From NCBI RefSeq assembly GCF_009914755.1, contig NC_060925.1: a stretch of 64,000 nt of DNA; one strand, given 5' to 3'. Position numbers and translations under genes: made by a program. This document shows positions 1-13,162 of this stretch, piece after piece. The stretch is from the human T2T-CHM13v2.0 reference genome, Homo sapiens. Position 1 is the first letter of the stretch. The number at the start of each line of letters is the position of its first letter. The notes below the pieces were generated by a model that saw nothing but the letters and a program-made list of their open reading frames with translations, ran no database searches and was not told where the DNA came from.

Positions 1-439
1 AAGCTTACAAGAGTTTACCTGGAGATTGACCCCTTGTCCTCAATCCAGGGTAGGACGGAGCTGACCCAAGTATGAAGCTGCTGGAAAGGATATAAAGTCA
101 AAGGGAGACACATTTTGAACAAAAGACAACTAGGCTGATGCTTCTAGCAAGAAATCAAAGGGAAATGGAAGGAAGGAGGATGACTTCTTTCTGGAGTGCA
201 GGCATCTGGACAGAGAGACTTGATGAAAAGTGCCCAGGGCATCTGTCTGTTTGGCTCTGAAATATGGCACGTCTCTTTTGTAGCAGGAGGGCCACCCCAT
301 ACTTCTATTTTGTTTTAGTGATTTCTAGAGTGGATTGGTATCCTCTGAACACTGCTAGGTGCCCCCTGACCTGCTGAGTGGCAGGAGAATCTGGTCTGAG
401 ATTGTAACTTGCCGCTTAGGATTCAGCCAGGTGAGGAGA

Positions 440-683
440 CCAAGTGGTTAAGAGTGTGTGCTCTGAGGTAGACTGCCTTGAATTAAATCCAGGGTCCGGG
501 ACATACCATTGAGTGATGCTGAGTAAGTCATTTAGTGTCTCAGAACTTTAATGTTCTCATTTGCCAAATGGATGTATTACCTGTCTCATAGGATTGTTGT
601 GAAGATTAAACAGGAGAATGTGCTTATGGTTCCTAGTATGTGTTGGGCACATTCTCGATACTTAACAAGTGTTACCCATTACT
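440..683 (+). mobile_element. MIR SINE
   Basis: agtggttaagag...ctcatttg..aaatgg...taggattgttgtgaagattaaa resembles the MIR core. Confidence 0.7.
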
Positions 684-2179
684 GGTTTTAAAGGGAATGG
701 TTTAGTGTTGACTGTATCCTGGATAGTTCTTCTATGCTTCTGAAATTAAGAAGGACAGACAGAACTTAAAGAGAAGCCAAGGGGCAAAAAGCAGGTGCAA
801 TTATAGGAAGAAAGTACCATAGAGGGAGAAATTGTAGGGCAGACCAGAGAAACAAAAGCTGTTCAAATCCTCAGCTGTGCTGAGAACTGCATAAGAAGAA
901 AAGCTCCAACTACTGCATATGAGGTTTGGGTTAAACTTACAGGAGAAATTTCCTGGTACTGAAAGGTATCAAATATTACTAGACAAAGAGTTTTTCCTAT
1001 CTTCTGGGGTTGTTTGGTCAGCCATTCCTAGAGCAAGAGAGGTGAATGAGATGCCAAGAATCTGGCCCCATGAGTCTCTGGTTCTCAGTTCTGAGAATCG
1101 AAAGCAGCAAAGTGGTCTGGATGAGGGATACAGATGCCCCTAAAAGCTGTTTTTGGTAGAGGTCCTCAGATACGTCTGATTCATTGAACTTTCTTGTCCT
1201 GCTAACACATAGCACTTGACAGAGGGGGGCAACTAAGGTTGTCAGGAGTCTTGATGTTTCCTCAAAAGAGATGATCAAGAGGCATTTATCGTTGGACCTT
1301 TAAGGCCAACATGGTTGAGGCATTGTCATCTCCTGTTGTCTGCTAGCTGACCATATTTCCCCAGAAACCCATGGACCCACTCTGAGCCACAGCTTACGAG
1401 AGCAGGAGAGGACTGACTGTCCCTGGGCAAGAAGTCAAATGAGCTGGCGAGGGAAGCTCTTCCTGAATCCACACAGATATGAGCTTTAGCGTATGGACTC
1501 TGAGTTTGATCAGGCATTAGGTCAGACCCCACTCTGAAGATCAGGGCGAATAACCAATACTCTCCAGGGATCCCTGCCTCCATGATGAAAGAGGGTGTCC
1601 CATGATAAGATGAGACAGTCATCTGCCACCATTTAGAGTTTCATCTAGTAATCACTGTTGTCTTAGAGTCTTCCTGTCTCTACTTCTCCAGGGAAGGAAA
1701 TTAGGCACCCTCTTTGAGAACAGTGGCTCTCAAAGCCACCAGCTCTAGTATCCTTCCTAGATTTTCATATGAGTTCCTCCTGCTGCAATTGACTGCATTT
1801 CTTCATAACCTTTCCTTTAGGGCCAGCCATCTCATTCCTTAATGATATTATGTCCCCCAAATCTTCTTCAAGTTTTCCATGCCTTTAAGAATCCAACTGA
1901 GGTGCCTTTAGAGCTGCTGAATTCCCTCCTCAGCTTCTTTTTCTCCACCTTGGGCCCGAGTTTTTTTTAATAGCCACTGAGGAGAGGTGGGATCTTAGCT
2001 GAGACAGTGAGAATAGTAAAACATAGTGGAAGAGTTTCACCAGAGCAGCTCACTAAGACAGAAATATCTTTCTCCTTTACCTCTTTTGCCCTTGCATTTT
2101 CTTTGGTTTGAATAAGAAAGATATTCCTGAAGCTGACTGTCAGAAGTAGGAACAAGTGGGATGCCCATCTTTAGACAGA

Positions 2180-2425
2180 GAGGCAATGTAGAGTGGGTGG
2201 AAAGCACACGTTTTTGGTGCTAAATGGCACAGAATCCAAAACATAACTAGCTTGGAACCTTGGGCAAGTCTGTTGACTTCACTGAGCCTCAGTTGCCTCT
2301 GCTGAAAATGGGGATACAACCCTCCAGGTTTGCTGTGAGGATTAAGCATAAATGGTGGTGTGGATGGAGCTGTCAGCACAGTGCATGGTCCCTAGCAAAC
2401 GTTCACTGAATGGTGGCCCTGATTA
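2180..2425 (+). mobile_element. MIR SINE
   Basis: ccttgggcaagt...ctgagcctcagtt...ctgaaaatggggata...tgtgaggattaa. Confidence 0.75.
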
Positions 2426-4616
2426 TGACCTCCAACTTTTAGGATGCTCTTCTCTTTTTTTGAACTTTGGCTTGTTTCCAGTAGCTTCTCCTTCTTTAGG
2501 ATAATTCTATTGTTGCTAGCCCACATCCTACAAATGCAATATTGCTGTAACCTCTTTATAGTCACAGCTACAGTGTGTCAAGGCACCCACAGCAGAACTC
2601 TGTGCTAAATTTTCCTCCTTCCCATCATTATTGCTTTGCTGGGTTGTGCGTGCTGGTGGTGTCGCGCGTTATGGTGTAAATTAAACGTCCATAGGGTCAC
2701 AGATTGGTTTCTGCAGATTTCCTCCCAGTGTGGAAGGAGTATGACGACTTAGCTGGGACCTACCTCTTCCACAGAATCCCAGGGTTCCCAGCTCTTGACG
2801 GATTCACCAACCTGACAACAGAGCCTTCTGCCCTAGAATCTCCTTTCCTCATAGTGCCCATGTGTCTTGGTTGTTTTGGTGATTCCGTGATGGTGGGTGG
2901 GAGGAAGCTGTTGGTGTCAGGCTTCCTTGGTGCTGAGAATTGGATGCTACAAGAGTTATAGACATAGATGATAACCAATTAACCACATAATGGATTAACC
3001 CCTTCAGTAGTCACTGTTGTAATGTGTGTGCTGGTGGGACAGATGAGGCATCTACAGAAAGAGAAATAATATGGGTTAAACTGCTGCCTTATTTTTTGTT
3101 CTCTTCTTCCCCTCCAATCCATTCACCTTATAAACCTTCATTGAGCATTTGCTGTATGCCGTGTATTGTATCATCAGCCTCGTTACCCTCTGCATATGTT
3201 TCATCCTTTCTTCTTTTGACAAAAAGATAAAATAGAAGCAAACTCTATGAATTGCACTCCACCAGTGCCGAGGGAGAGAGTTGAGTGCCCCAGAACAGGA
3301 GCCCCGCCGGTGCAGCCAGGCCCCAGCAAACCCAGCAAGCTCCTTTAGGAAGCACCAGTTACATCTGGATAAAGTTCCCCCGCACTCTCTCCTCACGCTA
3401 CCAGCACCGATTAAACCCTGGATAAGTGTCTTCATCCTCACCCCAGGTGTCTCTGAGGCCTCCCAGCTCCTGGCAGCTCTGCCTCCCCTCCACCTTTCCC
3501 TTGTCCTGCTGAGTCTAAGACCCCATTAAACCCATGGGTGGGCTCAGCTTCTATTTTTGTTTTTAGCCATTCCTATGTACGATCGTACACCTTGGCCAGG
3601 GGGTACTTCCTCCAGTTTCCCTTTTGCCTTGGGGTTTCTGGATGGAAAATTCTCGTTCTTTTCCCTTCCATCTTACCCATTCCCCTAGAGCTATACAAAG
3701 AGCTCTGGGGGAAGAGGTGAGGCTCGGGGAAGGTGGAATTCACTCTGTCATGGGTGGGCCCATGCTGGCACAACCCTTCTACAGGGAAACAGCCATCCTG
3801 AAAATGCCAATCTCTGTGAGCCACCTGGCCTTCAAGACCTGCATGAATCTCATTGATTTCAGACCCATGACTGTTCCGGCCTAGTTGCATTATAGATCAT
3901 CACCTCCTCCAACTTGGCGGCCACTTTTCTCCCACCCCCTCCCCGAGCAGCTCACATGTAATTACTACTCTCCTCCCCAGCTGTCTTCCCGAGTCATTAG
4001 TGAGGAGGCAGAATGGTCTTGGCCCCGGAGTGATTTCCTGTCATCTCTGTTCATTAACTCTCTCCATGTCTTTGCTAAGCCATTAATAACTCTCCCTGCA
4101 TTTCTGATTGATTGTGCGGGCTTTGTGACTCCATCCCAGCACCTTGTTTTCAGGGTCCTAAAGAGCAGGTTGTCTGTCCTGTGGACCCAGTACATGCCTT
4201 CTCTGCTTCCAGATCCCTGCCTGGGGAGAAGGACCGCTGCTGAGATGGCCTGCCCTGGGGGCCACACAGTGGCCTCTGGGATCCCAACACAAGCTGCTCT
4301 GGAGTAGATCTCGCACTGCTCAGACAGCCCCTCCCCGTTCCAGGGAAGGGGAGATTCCCTGAACCTGAGGGAAGCTGGGCTCCTCCAGGCAGATCCTTTC
4401 AGAACCTAGAGCTCCTCTCTCTCATGTAGGTGGGGCTGAGGAGCCCTGGGCTTCCTAACACACCTCACTTAATGATGCCCAAGTCCTTGGGATGGTTTCA
4501 GCTGGGAGGATCCGGCAGGGGCGGTGATGCCACTTCTCTCTAGCCTGACAGCGTTGGCCTAGTGGGGTCTGCCTTCTGGAAGGAGGCTCATGGGAGTTTG
4601 TTCTCTCCTGTTTCAG

Positions 4617-4728
4617 CCCGAGGAGTTGCAGAAAGAACACCAAGCTTCATGTATCCCCAGGGCACCGCGAGCAGCCAGATGGTGCTTCGTGGCATGGACC
4701 TCCTGCTGGAATGCATCGCCTCCGGGGT
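4617..4728 (+). CDS. NFASC: NFASC exon, Ig3 N-half ([37 protein letters not shown])
   Basis: tttcag acceptor, gtatgt donor, 112 nt, phase 1 to 2. Confidence 0.96.
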
Positions 4729-5165
4729 GTATGTGCGGTTTGCAGCCCCTCTTCTAGCCACCCTCCAGGAGGATGGGGATGGGAGCTTGTTCATGCTCTT
4801 GTTAATGCCACATTTAGTGCATACCAGTAGCACAGCAAAAAGAGAAGCAAACAGCCTCTAGTGAGCAGGGTGTTGCAAACCATAGTCATCTCCATCCTAT
4901 CCTGGCCATCTCTGTTTTGGATAATGAGGAAAGAAGGTGATTAGGCATCCCGTAGATGCGTTAGAATCTCGTGGGACCTTAGCTAAGCCTTCAGGCTCTC
5001 TGTGGCTGAGCATCCTCCTCTGCACAGGAAAGATCAGCTTTTAGAGGACATGCATCCTCCTGGGCCCAAGTATACTTTTAGGCCACCTGGGTGTCCCCAG
5101 CTGTATAGAAGAGGAGAAAGGCCACGTTTAGTGATAACTTGTTTCCTGCTTGGCGCCTCTCCTAG

Positions 5166-5350
5166 CCCAACACCAGACATCGCATGGTACAAGAAAGGTG
5201 GGGACCTCCCATCTGATAAGGCCAAGTTTGAGAACTTTAATAAGGCCCTGCGTATCACAAATGTCTCTGAGGAAGACTCCGGGGAGTATTTCTGCCTGGC
5301 CTCCAACAAGATGGGCAGCATCCGGCACACGATCTCGGTGAGAGTAAAGG
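5166..5350 (+). CDS. NFASC: NFASC exon, Ig3 C-half ([10 protein letters not shown]...[25 protein letters not shown])
   Basis: cctag acceptor, gtacgt donor, 185 nt; Ig I-set W and DxGxYxC motif. Confidence 0.97.
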
Positions 5351-6164
5351 GTACGTTGTGTGTATTTATCATTATGATTATGTTGCCAACCCTGAACACC
5401 ATGCCCACCCTTCCCTCTGAGGGTGGTTGGGGGCAGAGTGAGTCGGAGAGACTTCCAGCCCACTGCTCAGTGGCAATGGCGATCTGCCATGGATGGTGTC
5501 ACTCGCTGGACGTGAGAGGGTGTGTGCATGCCCGTGCATGGGGCAGGGGGTGTTAAGGAGATCCACCCTGGCCATCATCCAACTCTCCTTGGTGCCAGCG
5601 CTCCCTCAGCGGGTGAATTTCCTCCCACGGCCCATTTGGATCATTCCCAGAGCCTTTTTTTCCTTTCGTTTTGCATTCCCGTTTGTGATGTGTCACGTGA
5701 GCCCGTGCTGTCTGTGTACCTATGCATGATGCTGTGCTGCTTTTTAAAACTGGGGAGTGGTCATGGCCAAAATTATTTTCTAAAATCACTTCCTTCCCCC
5801 CAAAGCAAAGAGGGCCCACCCGAGTGATTGCAGGCACCAGAGCACGTGTCGTCATGGGTCCCCACCGTGTGTGGCAGGCTGCACTGGTCACTGTTTGGCC
5901 TGGGGCTGTATGGATGGTTGAGATAATGATGTTCGAGACCAGAGTATAGAAACTTTCTTAGCAGGCAGTCAGTTGATCTTGTGACCTTGGCTTCAGCACC
6001 ATACACAAACTAAGGAGTTCTTAGACTTTGAGGGGTAGGGGGTGAGTATCAAGATTGTTGATAATCTGATCTGAAAGGCTCACTTCTCAGAAAAATCCAC
6101 ATTTCCACATATTCACAAAATTGTCTAAACAACTGAACAAGGTGGCCAGCTGAGAACTGCTCTA

Positions 6165-6469
<305 letters not shown>

Positions 6470-6589
6470 CTACTCTAACCAAAATTCAGTGCCTAAAGAA
6501 ATGTTCATTAGGCTTTTCCTAAATGGTCTGATCTTGCAAAACAGAGATCCAGAGGGACCAACTCAGTGCCCACTATACCACCTTCCCTA

Positions 6590-6765
6590 GCAGTGGAGCC
6601 ATTGGATGCACACCTCAAACACTGGTGACCTCTAAAAGCATCTGCCACCCAGGCCTCCTGTGAGGATTCTGATTTAGTAGGTCTGAGATAGGCCCTAACA
6701 TCCCTTTTTTTAAAAAAAGCTCTTCAGGGGATTCTAGTGAGCAGCCCCAGTTTAGAACTATTGTT
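6590..6765 (+). mobile_element. MER5-like hAT-Charlie DNA transposon relic
   Basis: gattctgatttagtaggtctgag...caggggattctagtg.gcagcc..agtttagaactattg. Confidence 0.55.
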
Positions 6766-6982
6766 CTGTGAACTCAAAATAGACAGATCAGCATCTGTGC
6801 AGCCAAGCCAGCCAGAAACAGGCTGGACCAAGTTATCCCTGTGAGGATGAGCCCTGGGGCAGGTGGTGAGCACGTGGTGCTGGGACTCAGGGGCTCCTGC
6901 CATACTAGAGGGAGACTGCTTGGTTTCTTCTGCCTGTCCCATGCCATCTAACTCCCCTGCCTGTGTCTGTCTTGTCTTCCAG

Positions 6983-7114
6983 CTGCTCCCTACTGGCTGG
7001 ACGAACCCAAGAACCTTATTCTGGCTCCTGGCGAGGATGGGAGACTGGTGTGTCGAGCCAATGGAAACCCCAAACCCACTGTCCAGTGGATGGTGAATGG
7101 GGAACCTTTGCAAT
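6983..7114 (+). CDS. NFASC: NFASC exon, Ig4 N-half ([44 protein letters not shown])
   Basis: ttccag acceptor, gtaagt donor, 132 nt; not represented in the ORF track. Confidence 0.97.
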
Positions 7115-9229
7115 GTAAGTAGCGAGCTGTTGTCCCATCTGACTCTCATCTCTCTGCTGTCAAAGGCTTCAGATCCCCATCACTGTAGCCAGTGCTGGTC
7201 ACACTAGAAGTTCAGGAAGAGAGAAGCCCACTGGTGGCTGTTTCTCAGCTGCCCATCTCTTCAGACATCTCAAGAGGCAGGAAACCTACCCTCTCTTTGT
7301 GTGAGAGAACAGGAGGCCTGGAACTCTGTGGTCATATTCCCATGCTTAAGGGATTTCTGCTCCCTTGGGGTTTTTTAAATCTCTGCTTTCTCCCTCTGAA
7401 CAACTTCAGAGCCCAGTTGATGGCCTGGGGACTGTGGCTGCATCTCTGGGTGGTTGGGCTTTGAGTGATGGCTGGGGCTGGGAAGGTAGAGGAGAATTCA
7501 GTAACCCATTGTTGGTTACTCAAGTTCCGCTCTCTGCTAAGGGCAAAAGAAGAAGCAGGGTTGTACAATAATGTGAAATATTATGGTTAGATATGAGGAA
7601 GAACTGCCCCCAGAAGAGCAGATGTACAAGTGCACTTTATCGAGTATGCTTAGACTTTGGGGACATTTAGTCCTGCCCAGGTGGATGGAGTAGATGACTC
7701 CAAGACCCCTTATAATCAGTGGCCTTGGTCAAGTTTTCACATCATAGACTCTCTGGTTGCATTACTTTTCAAAATGTCCTGTCCTTACTTTCTCTAAGAG
7801 GTCAGAGGAAATGTAAACAATGGTATCAACCAAATGGGGAAAAAGTAGATGGCGAGAACTCAGTCTAACTCAAGAGCAGCAGCTGGTAGAAGCAGGTGGA
7901 GAGGGGGGGACACAGGTAGAGGAGAGGGTAAGAATTTACCTATTTAGACATATATTGTATGCCACATTCTGTGCTAGATGCTGCACTCCATTGTTGCTTT
8001 ACTTTCAAACATTTAAGGTAAGGAAATAAGGTTCTCCTCAGTGCAATGAGTTGCCCAAAATCGCATGGCTAGGAAGTGGTGAAGTTGTGGGTTGCTGTGA
8101 GTCTGCAATACAACTGCACCAGCTAGTACTGAACCTAGTTATCCCCAGTAAATGTTACTCCCCAGCTACAAGCAGAGATATGGACACTGCCTGCCCTCTA
8201 CAGTTCTCTCTGTCTTAATAGGACTTTGGGGGTAAGCTAGGCAATTGCGCTAAACTTTACAGCACCATTCAATAAAGCAGCTCAGGACTTGCAGCTGAGC
8301 CTCAGCCCTGGAAAGGTCACCTGTCACTCTCCCCAGGGAACGTGTAAGGAGAGTGACTGGGGGGATTATTGGTTGCACGAGAATTTGCCAGGCAAGGAGG
8401 TGTACAAGTTTCTGGCATTGCCTTCCTTGGTCCCTTTTCACTGAGTGGGGACCCGGGCGTGGATGATAAGGGTGCTAACTTTGTCTTCCTTTCCCATCTG
8501 CTGATTCCCCGGTTCTGGGCTCAGGCTGGCTATCTGTGGAGTGGCGCCTGCAGGGCGACTCCTGCATCCTCCGCTGACTTCCCCTGTAGGTCTGAGTCAT
8601 CTTGAATGCGTTCATGTACTCTGTAAGCTAAGTCATCAGCTTCCTAGTCCAGAAATCTTAGGAAGGAAAGTCACTTTCTAGTGGTTAAAGATGAGAAAAG
8701 TGGCAATTCTTTACATTTCTAGAAAATTTTTGTTTTTACAGCTCATTATTGTTCTCTTATCTTAGCCTTTCTTAGAGTAGGGGAAAGGTGGAAGTGATTC
8801 TTCCCCATCTTACAGAAGAAGGAAATGAGGCCCAGAAAGGTTTGTTGATTTACCCCAGATCCCAGAGTGAAGTGTGGACCCCCAGCCCTCTCCAGCCTCT
8901 GCTCTCTGCATCCCAAGCCAGCAGTACTAGAACTGTGGGCAAGAATATCCTCTCTCAGTTTAGGACACATTTTTGGGGAAGAGCTGTGAGCTTTGTCAAA
9001 TAAAATGACTCATTCCATTTTCAAGAGGCATTGGCTTATGGGTTTAACTTTGTGAATGTTTGGAGCATGCTCTCTTTGGAGGATGGGAAGGTGGTAGGTT
9101 CTGTCTATTGTATACTGTTTTGTCCTTTTCAAAACACACTTAAATATATGCACATTCGATTAAAATGATAATAACAGTATGTGTTAGACCTTCTGTTCAT
9201 CATTTTGTACATGCATAAAATCTCAGGTT

Positions 9230-9385
9230 ATCTTCACAAAAACCCCATGAGGTGATCTGTTATTCCCATTCTGCAGACAAGGAAACTGAAGCTCACAGAG
9301 ATTGAATGATGCTGGTAGGAAGTGATGTGGTTAGAACCAAAACTCCTTTCTGTTTCCAAAGCTAATGCTCTCAACCACAACTGCC
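9230..9385 (-). mobile_element. MIR SINE
   Basis: ccccatgaggt...ttattcccattctgcagacaaggaaactgaagctcacagag. Confidence 0.7.
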
Positions 9386-9642
9386 CAATGGGTAGGTAGG
9401 TTGAACAGGAATTCATATTCCATACTCTAGGCTAGATTAGAAATAAACCCCAAAGGTTCAGAGAAGGGCTCAAGGTCACACACAGCCCAGCAGTGGCAAG
9501 GCCAGAAGCCCTGTCATCTGGCCCCCCATCTGGTGCTCCCCACAGCACCCCGCTTGTTCCTGGGAGCCCTGGCCAGAGCCCCAAGTGCCCTTCACCCTGC
9601 CCTCCCCATCTCTCATGAGGAGCGTCTCTTTCTTGTCTGTAG

Positions 9643-9786
9643 CGGCACCACCTAACCCAAACCGTGAGGTGGCCGGAGACACCATCATCTTCCGGGACAC
9701 CCAGATCAGCAGCAGGGCTGTGTACCAGTGCAACACCTCCAACGAGCATGGCTACCTGCTGGCCAACGCCTTTGTCAGTGTGCTGG
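9643..9786 (+). CDS. NFASC: NFASC exon, Ig4 C-half ([47 protein letters not shown])
   Basis: ctgtag acceptor, gtgagt donor, 144 nt. Confidence 0.97.
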
Positions 9787-9963
9787 GTGAGTGTGCCCTT
9801 CGCAGCCTGTTTCCCCCTCCTCTCCACTACTGCACAGTCGCCCTGGGGCTTGGTTATGTCGTGGGGCACACTTTCTTCTCCGGGGATTGGCCAAGCTGGG
9901 TGAGGTAAGAGGATGTTGGATAGGGGAAACATGGAGATGGGAAAAAATTTGTGAGAGGGATGG

Positions 9964-10023
9964 AAGGGTCAAAGCTGGGAGGAAGTTAGCAGATCATCTG
10001 GATCAACCTCCTCATTGTACAGA
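9964..10023. repeat. 60-bp direct repeat, copy 1 (MIR-derived)
   Basis: Identical to 10761-10820. Confidence 0.95.
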
Positions 10024-10545
10024 TGGAAGACTTAAAATTCACAAAGCTGGATGAGCAGACAGTTAATTCCATCAGAGCAGTCAATCTTAGTCTTCTCCCT
10101 CCCCTGATGAGATAGAGTGGGACTGTCCCATCGCCTTGGTGTATCCATGTTGACTTCCCCTGGGTTTGCAGCTGGATCTCACGGTGGGAAATTGTTCTGA
10201 GTATATTTGCTGTACCCACTGGGCAGGGAGATGGTGGTGGAGGGGTAGCTAGGAAATGCCTTAGGGCTGTGGTGGGGCAGCTATGGAACCTGCTGGATAA
10301 TTTGGGGAGACCCTTTGCAAAAGCTGGATTTGGATGTAGGGTAGGTTGAGGGCAGAGGATGTAGTAAGCTTCTCCTTCCCCACCTAATCCTTAGGGGCTT
10401 CCTGAAGGAGGGAAGGTTGATAGGGGAAGGTGTCTCAGTGCCTGGGAAGCTGCTGTAAGCAGAAGGCATGCAGAGGTGAGACCGAGGGGGAAGAGATGGA
10501 AGAGTTTAGACTTGGCACTCGAGTTTGCTTCTCTGGGAATTTCAG

Positions 10546-10657
10546 ATGTGCCGCCTCGGATGCTGTCGCCCCGGAACCAGCTCATTCGAGTGATTCTTTA
10601 CAACCGGACGCGGCTGGACTGCCCTTTCTTTGGGTCTCCCATCCCCACACTGCGATG
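10546..10657 (+). CDS. NFASC: NFASC exon, Ig5 N-half ([38 protein letters not shown])
   Basis: tttcag acceptor, gtaagt donor, 112 nt. Confidence 0.97.
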
Positions 10658-10760
10658 GTAAGTTCCAGGAGATCAGGCCTTCCACAGCAGGGGTCACCTG
10701 TCTCATCTTCTCCTTCCCATCTGGCCCATAGTAGGTGTTCAGCAAGACCTGGGAATCTTA

Positions 10761-10820
10761 AAGGGTCAAAGCTGGGAGGAAGTTAGCAGATCATCTGGAT
10801 CAACCTCCTCATTGTACAGA
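10761..10820. repeat. 60-bp direct repeat, copy 2 (within a minus-strand MIRc/MIR3-like relic extending to ~10915)
   Basis: Identical to 9964-10023. Confidence 0.95.
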
Positions 10821-11023
10821 ATGGGAAACCAAGACCTTGAGAGGGATGGAGGCTTGCCAGGGCCACCTGGTGGCTAGAGGCAGACCCTCCGAGGCTCAGG
10901 GCTCCAGTCTCCTAGCATGGGGCTCCTTCCACAGCCCCCATGGTCTCTCTTGATTGGCTGCTGCCCCTGCCCTTGGGCTGGTCCTGTCTCAGGATGCTGT
11001 GTGTTCTGCTGCTCTGTTGTGAG

Positions 11024-11190
11024 GTTTAAGAATGGGCAAGGAAGCAACCTGGATGGTGGCAACTACCATGTTTATGAGAACGGCAGTCTGGAAATTAAGA
11101 TGATCCGCAAAGAGGACCAGGGCATCTACACCTGTGTCGCCACCAACATCCTGGGCAAAGCTGAAAACCAAGTCCGCCTGGAGGTCAAAG
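11024..11190 (+). CDS. NFASC: NFASC exon, Ig5 C-half ([55 protein letters not shown])
   Basis: Rare GAG acceptor (ttgtgag) required by phase (TG|G = Trp); gtaaag donor; 167 nt. Confidence 0.95.
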
Positions 11191-11637
11191 GTAAAGGAGA
11201 GGGTTCGCCAGTGGGAGTTTGGAGAGGGACGAGGAGGCCATGCTGGCAGTTATCCACATACAATATTCACATTGAAAATGCACCACACCTGTCTTTAACC
11301 TGGAGTGGGCTGCCCAGTTTGCACCTGTGGAGTCCTTTTAGGATCAGTGTGGTCCAAAGAGAATTAGGAAGGGAAACCTTCTGCTCACACCAACTCCCCA
11401 CTACCAGCCCAGAAATTACATCATATATTCCTGAGCCAGATGGAGTGGATTTGGGGCATTATCTGCTTTGGGGATTACCCACCCAGAACTCTGCTCCGTT
11501 CATACCATAGCATACTGTTTGTGCCCCACTCCATAGTTGGCCCAAGGCCTCGAGGGCAGACATATGCCACTTTGTGGCCGCATGGGGATGCTGGGCAGAG
11601 AACAGGCCAGTGGCGAGTGCTCTGGGCTTCTCCACAG

Positions 11638-11785
11638 ACCCCACCAGGATCTACCGGATGCCCGAGGACCAGGTGGCCAGAAGGGGCACCACGGTGCAGC
11701 TGGAGTGTCGGGTGAAGCACGACCCCTCCCTGAAACTCACCGTCTCCTGGCTGAAGGATGACGAGCCGCTCTATATTGGAAACAG
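11638..11785 (+). CDS. NFASC: NFASC exon, Ig6 N-half ([50 protein letters not shown])
   Basis: ccacag acceptor, weak gtttct donor, 148 nt. Confidence 0.95.
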
Positions 11786-12239
11786 GTTTCTCTTCCCCCT
11801 TCCCCCTTCCTAGTGCTAGTTTGAGGCGCATTTTCTTTTCCCTTGCTGTTGGTGACACATGGAAGAACACAGGGACAGGGAACCCGTGTCATGCATGTCA
11901 CCAAGGAGCTTCTGCAGAGGGGGTGATGGCCTGGGCAACTCCCCTGCTTCAGGGGAGACCCCCCCACCGACCCTGTACAACCTCCCTCTCTCCCACCAGC
12001 TCCCTGCTTCTCTCTCCTACACCTCCTCTCTCTCCCTCTTCTCAATCTCTTCACTTCTCCTCTCCCTGTCTCCCCTCACTTCGCCTCTTTTCCCTTTCAT
12101 TTTTGCCCCTGTCTTCTCTTTTCCTCCTTTGCTGCATCCCAGGCTCCAGCCTTTCAGCCCTATTTGCAGTACCCCTAATCTTCAGCAGAGGGCAGGGTTG
12201 ATCTGAGCCAGCTCTCAGCCCTGACTGAACCTGGCATGC

Positions 12240-12370
12240 TTTTACCACACCCACGCCTGCCCCGCTCCTCAGACCCTGATTTCATTGGTGTAGGGTAGGA
12301 CTTAGGACACTGGCAGGGTTTAAAAGTCCCCCTGGGGGTTCCAGTGTGCATCAGGGTTGAGAACCACTGT
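12240..12370 (+). mobile_element. MER5B-like DNA transposon relic
   Basis: ctgatttcattggtgtagggt...tttaaaagtcccc...cagggttgagaaccactg terminus. Confidence 0.6.
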
Positions 12371-13037
12371 TCCGAGCCTCCCTCCCCAGGGCTTACTTTG
12401 CTTTACCTTCTTCCACCCCGAGGGAGCAAAGTTGTGCAGGGCCCTGCAGTTGGACACGGTACCAGCGGTTTCTAGCCATCATTTGACTTTTTGCAGAGGG
12501 TGTTCCCCTCTGTAAACCTTCTGGCACTCAGTGCTGACAGCTCTACAGCCCCATTCTGCTCTGTGGCCTCCCCTCTCTATAGGAGACAGTTCCCAGGAGC
12601 CTGGGGTCAGGCTGGCCTGAGCATGGGTGCAGAGGAGACAAGTCTGGGCTGAAGACAGACAAAGCTACAAGTATGAGAGGAGAAGGAATACCAACCTACC
12701 TTGGGGTCATGGGCCTCATGGTGCCCTCATCTGGGAGGGGTGCACAGCACAGTAAAGGCACAGAGGCAGGCACACGTACAGAATTTGAAGGTGGCAAACG
12801 TGCTTCACAGCCACTTGAGCTCCGCCCACTCTCTGTTCCCCTCCATCAAGTATGATAAGTGCTCCAGGTGACTGTGAAGACCTCACCTCTGTCAAAGCAT
12901 TGAGAGGGAGCCTCATACCCCCAGAAGGAGCTTCCCTTGCCCTCCTGACTCGAGAACCCCCTCTAGGGAGAAAGCAATGGGCAGGACTCAGCACTCCCCT
13001 ACCCCCTCCTCCCAACCCTTCCTCGGTACCTTTGCAG

Positions 13038-13162
13038 GATGAAGAAGGAAGACGACTCCCTGACCATCTTTGGGGTGGCAGAGCGGGACCAGGGCAGTTA
13101 CACGTGTGTCGCCAGCACCGAGCTAGACCAAGACCTGGCCAAGGCCTACCTCACCGTGCTAG
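13038..13162 (+). CDS. NFASC: NFASC exon, Ig6 C-half ([41 protein letters not shown])
   Basis: ttgcag acceptor, gtaact donor, 125 nt. Confidence 0.97.

Noticed and set aside
1-6. Window begins with AAGCTT (HindIII site)
   Set aside because: Probably a clone end or coincidence; not biological
1-4616. Known neurofascin Ig2-Ig3 linker mini-exon
   Set aside because: No matching exon found by eye; it probably lies upstream of the window
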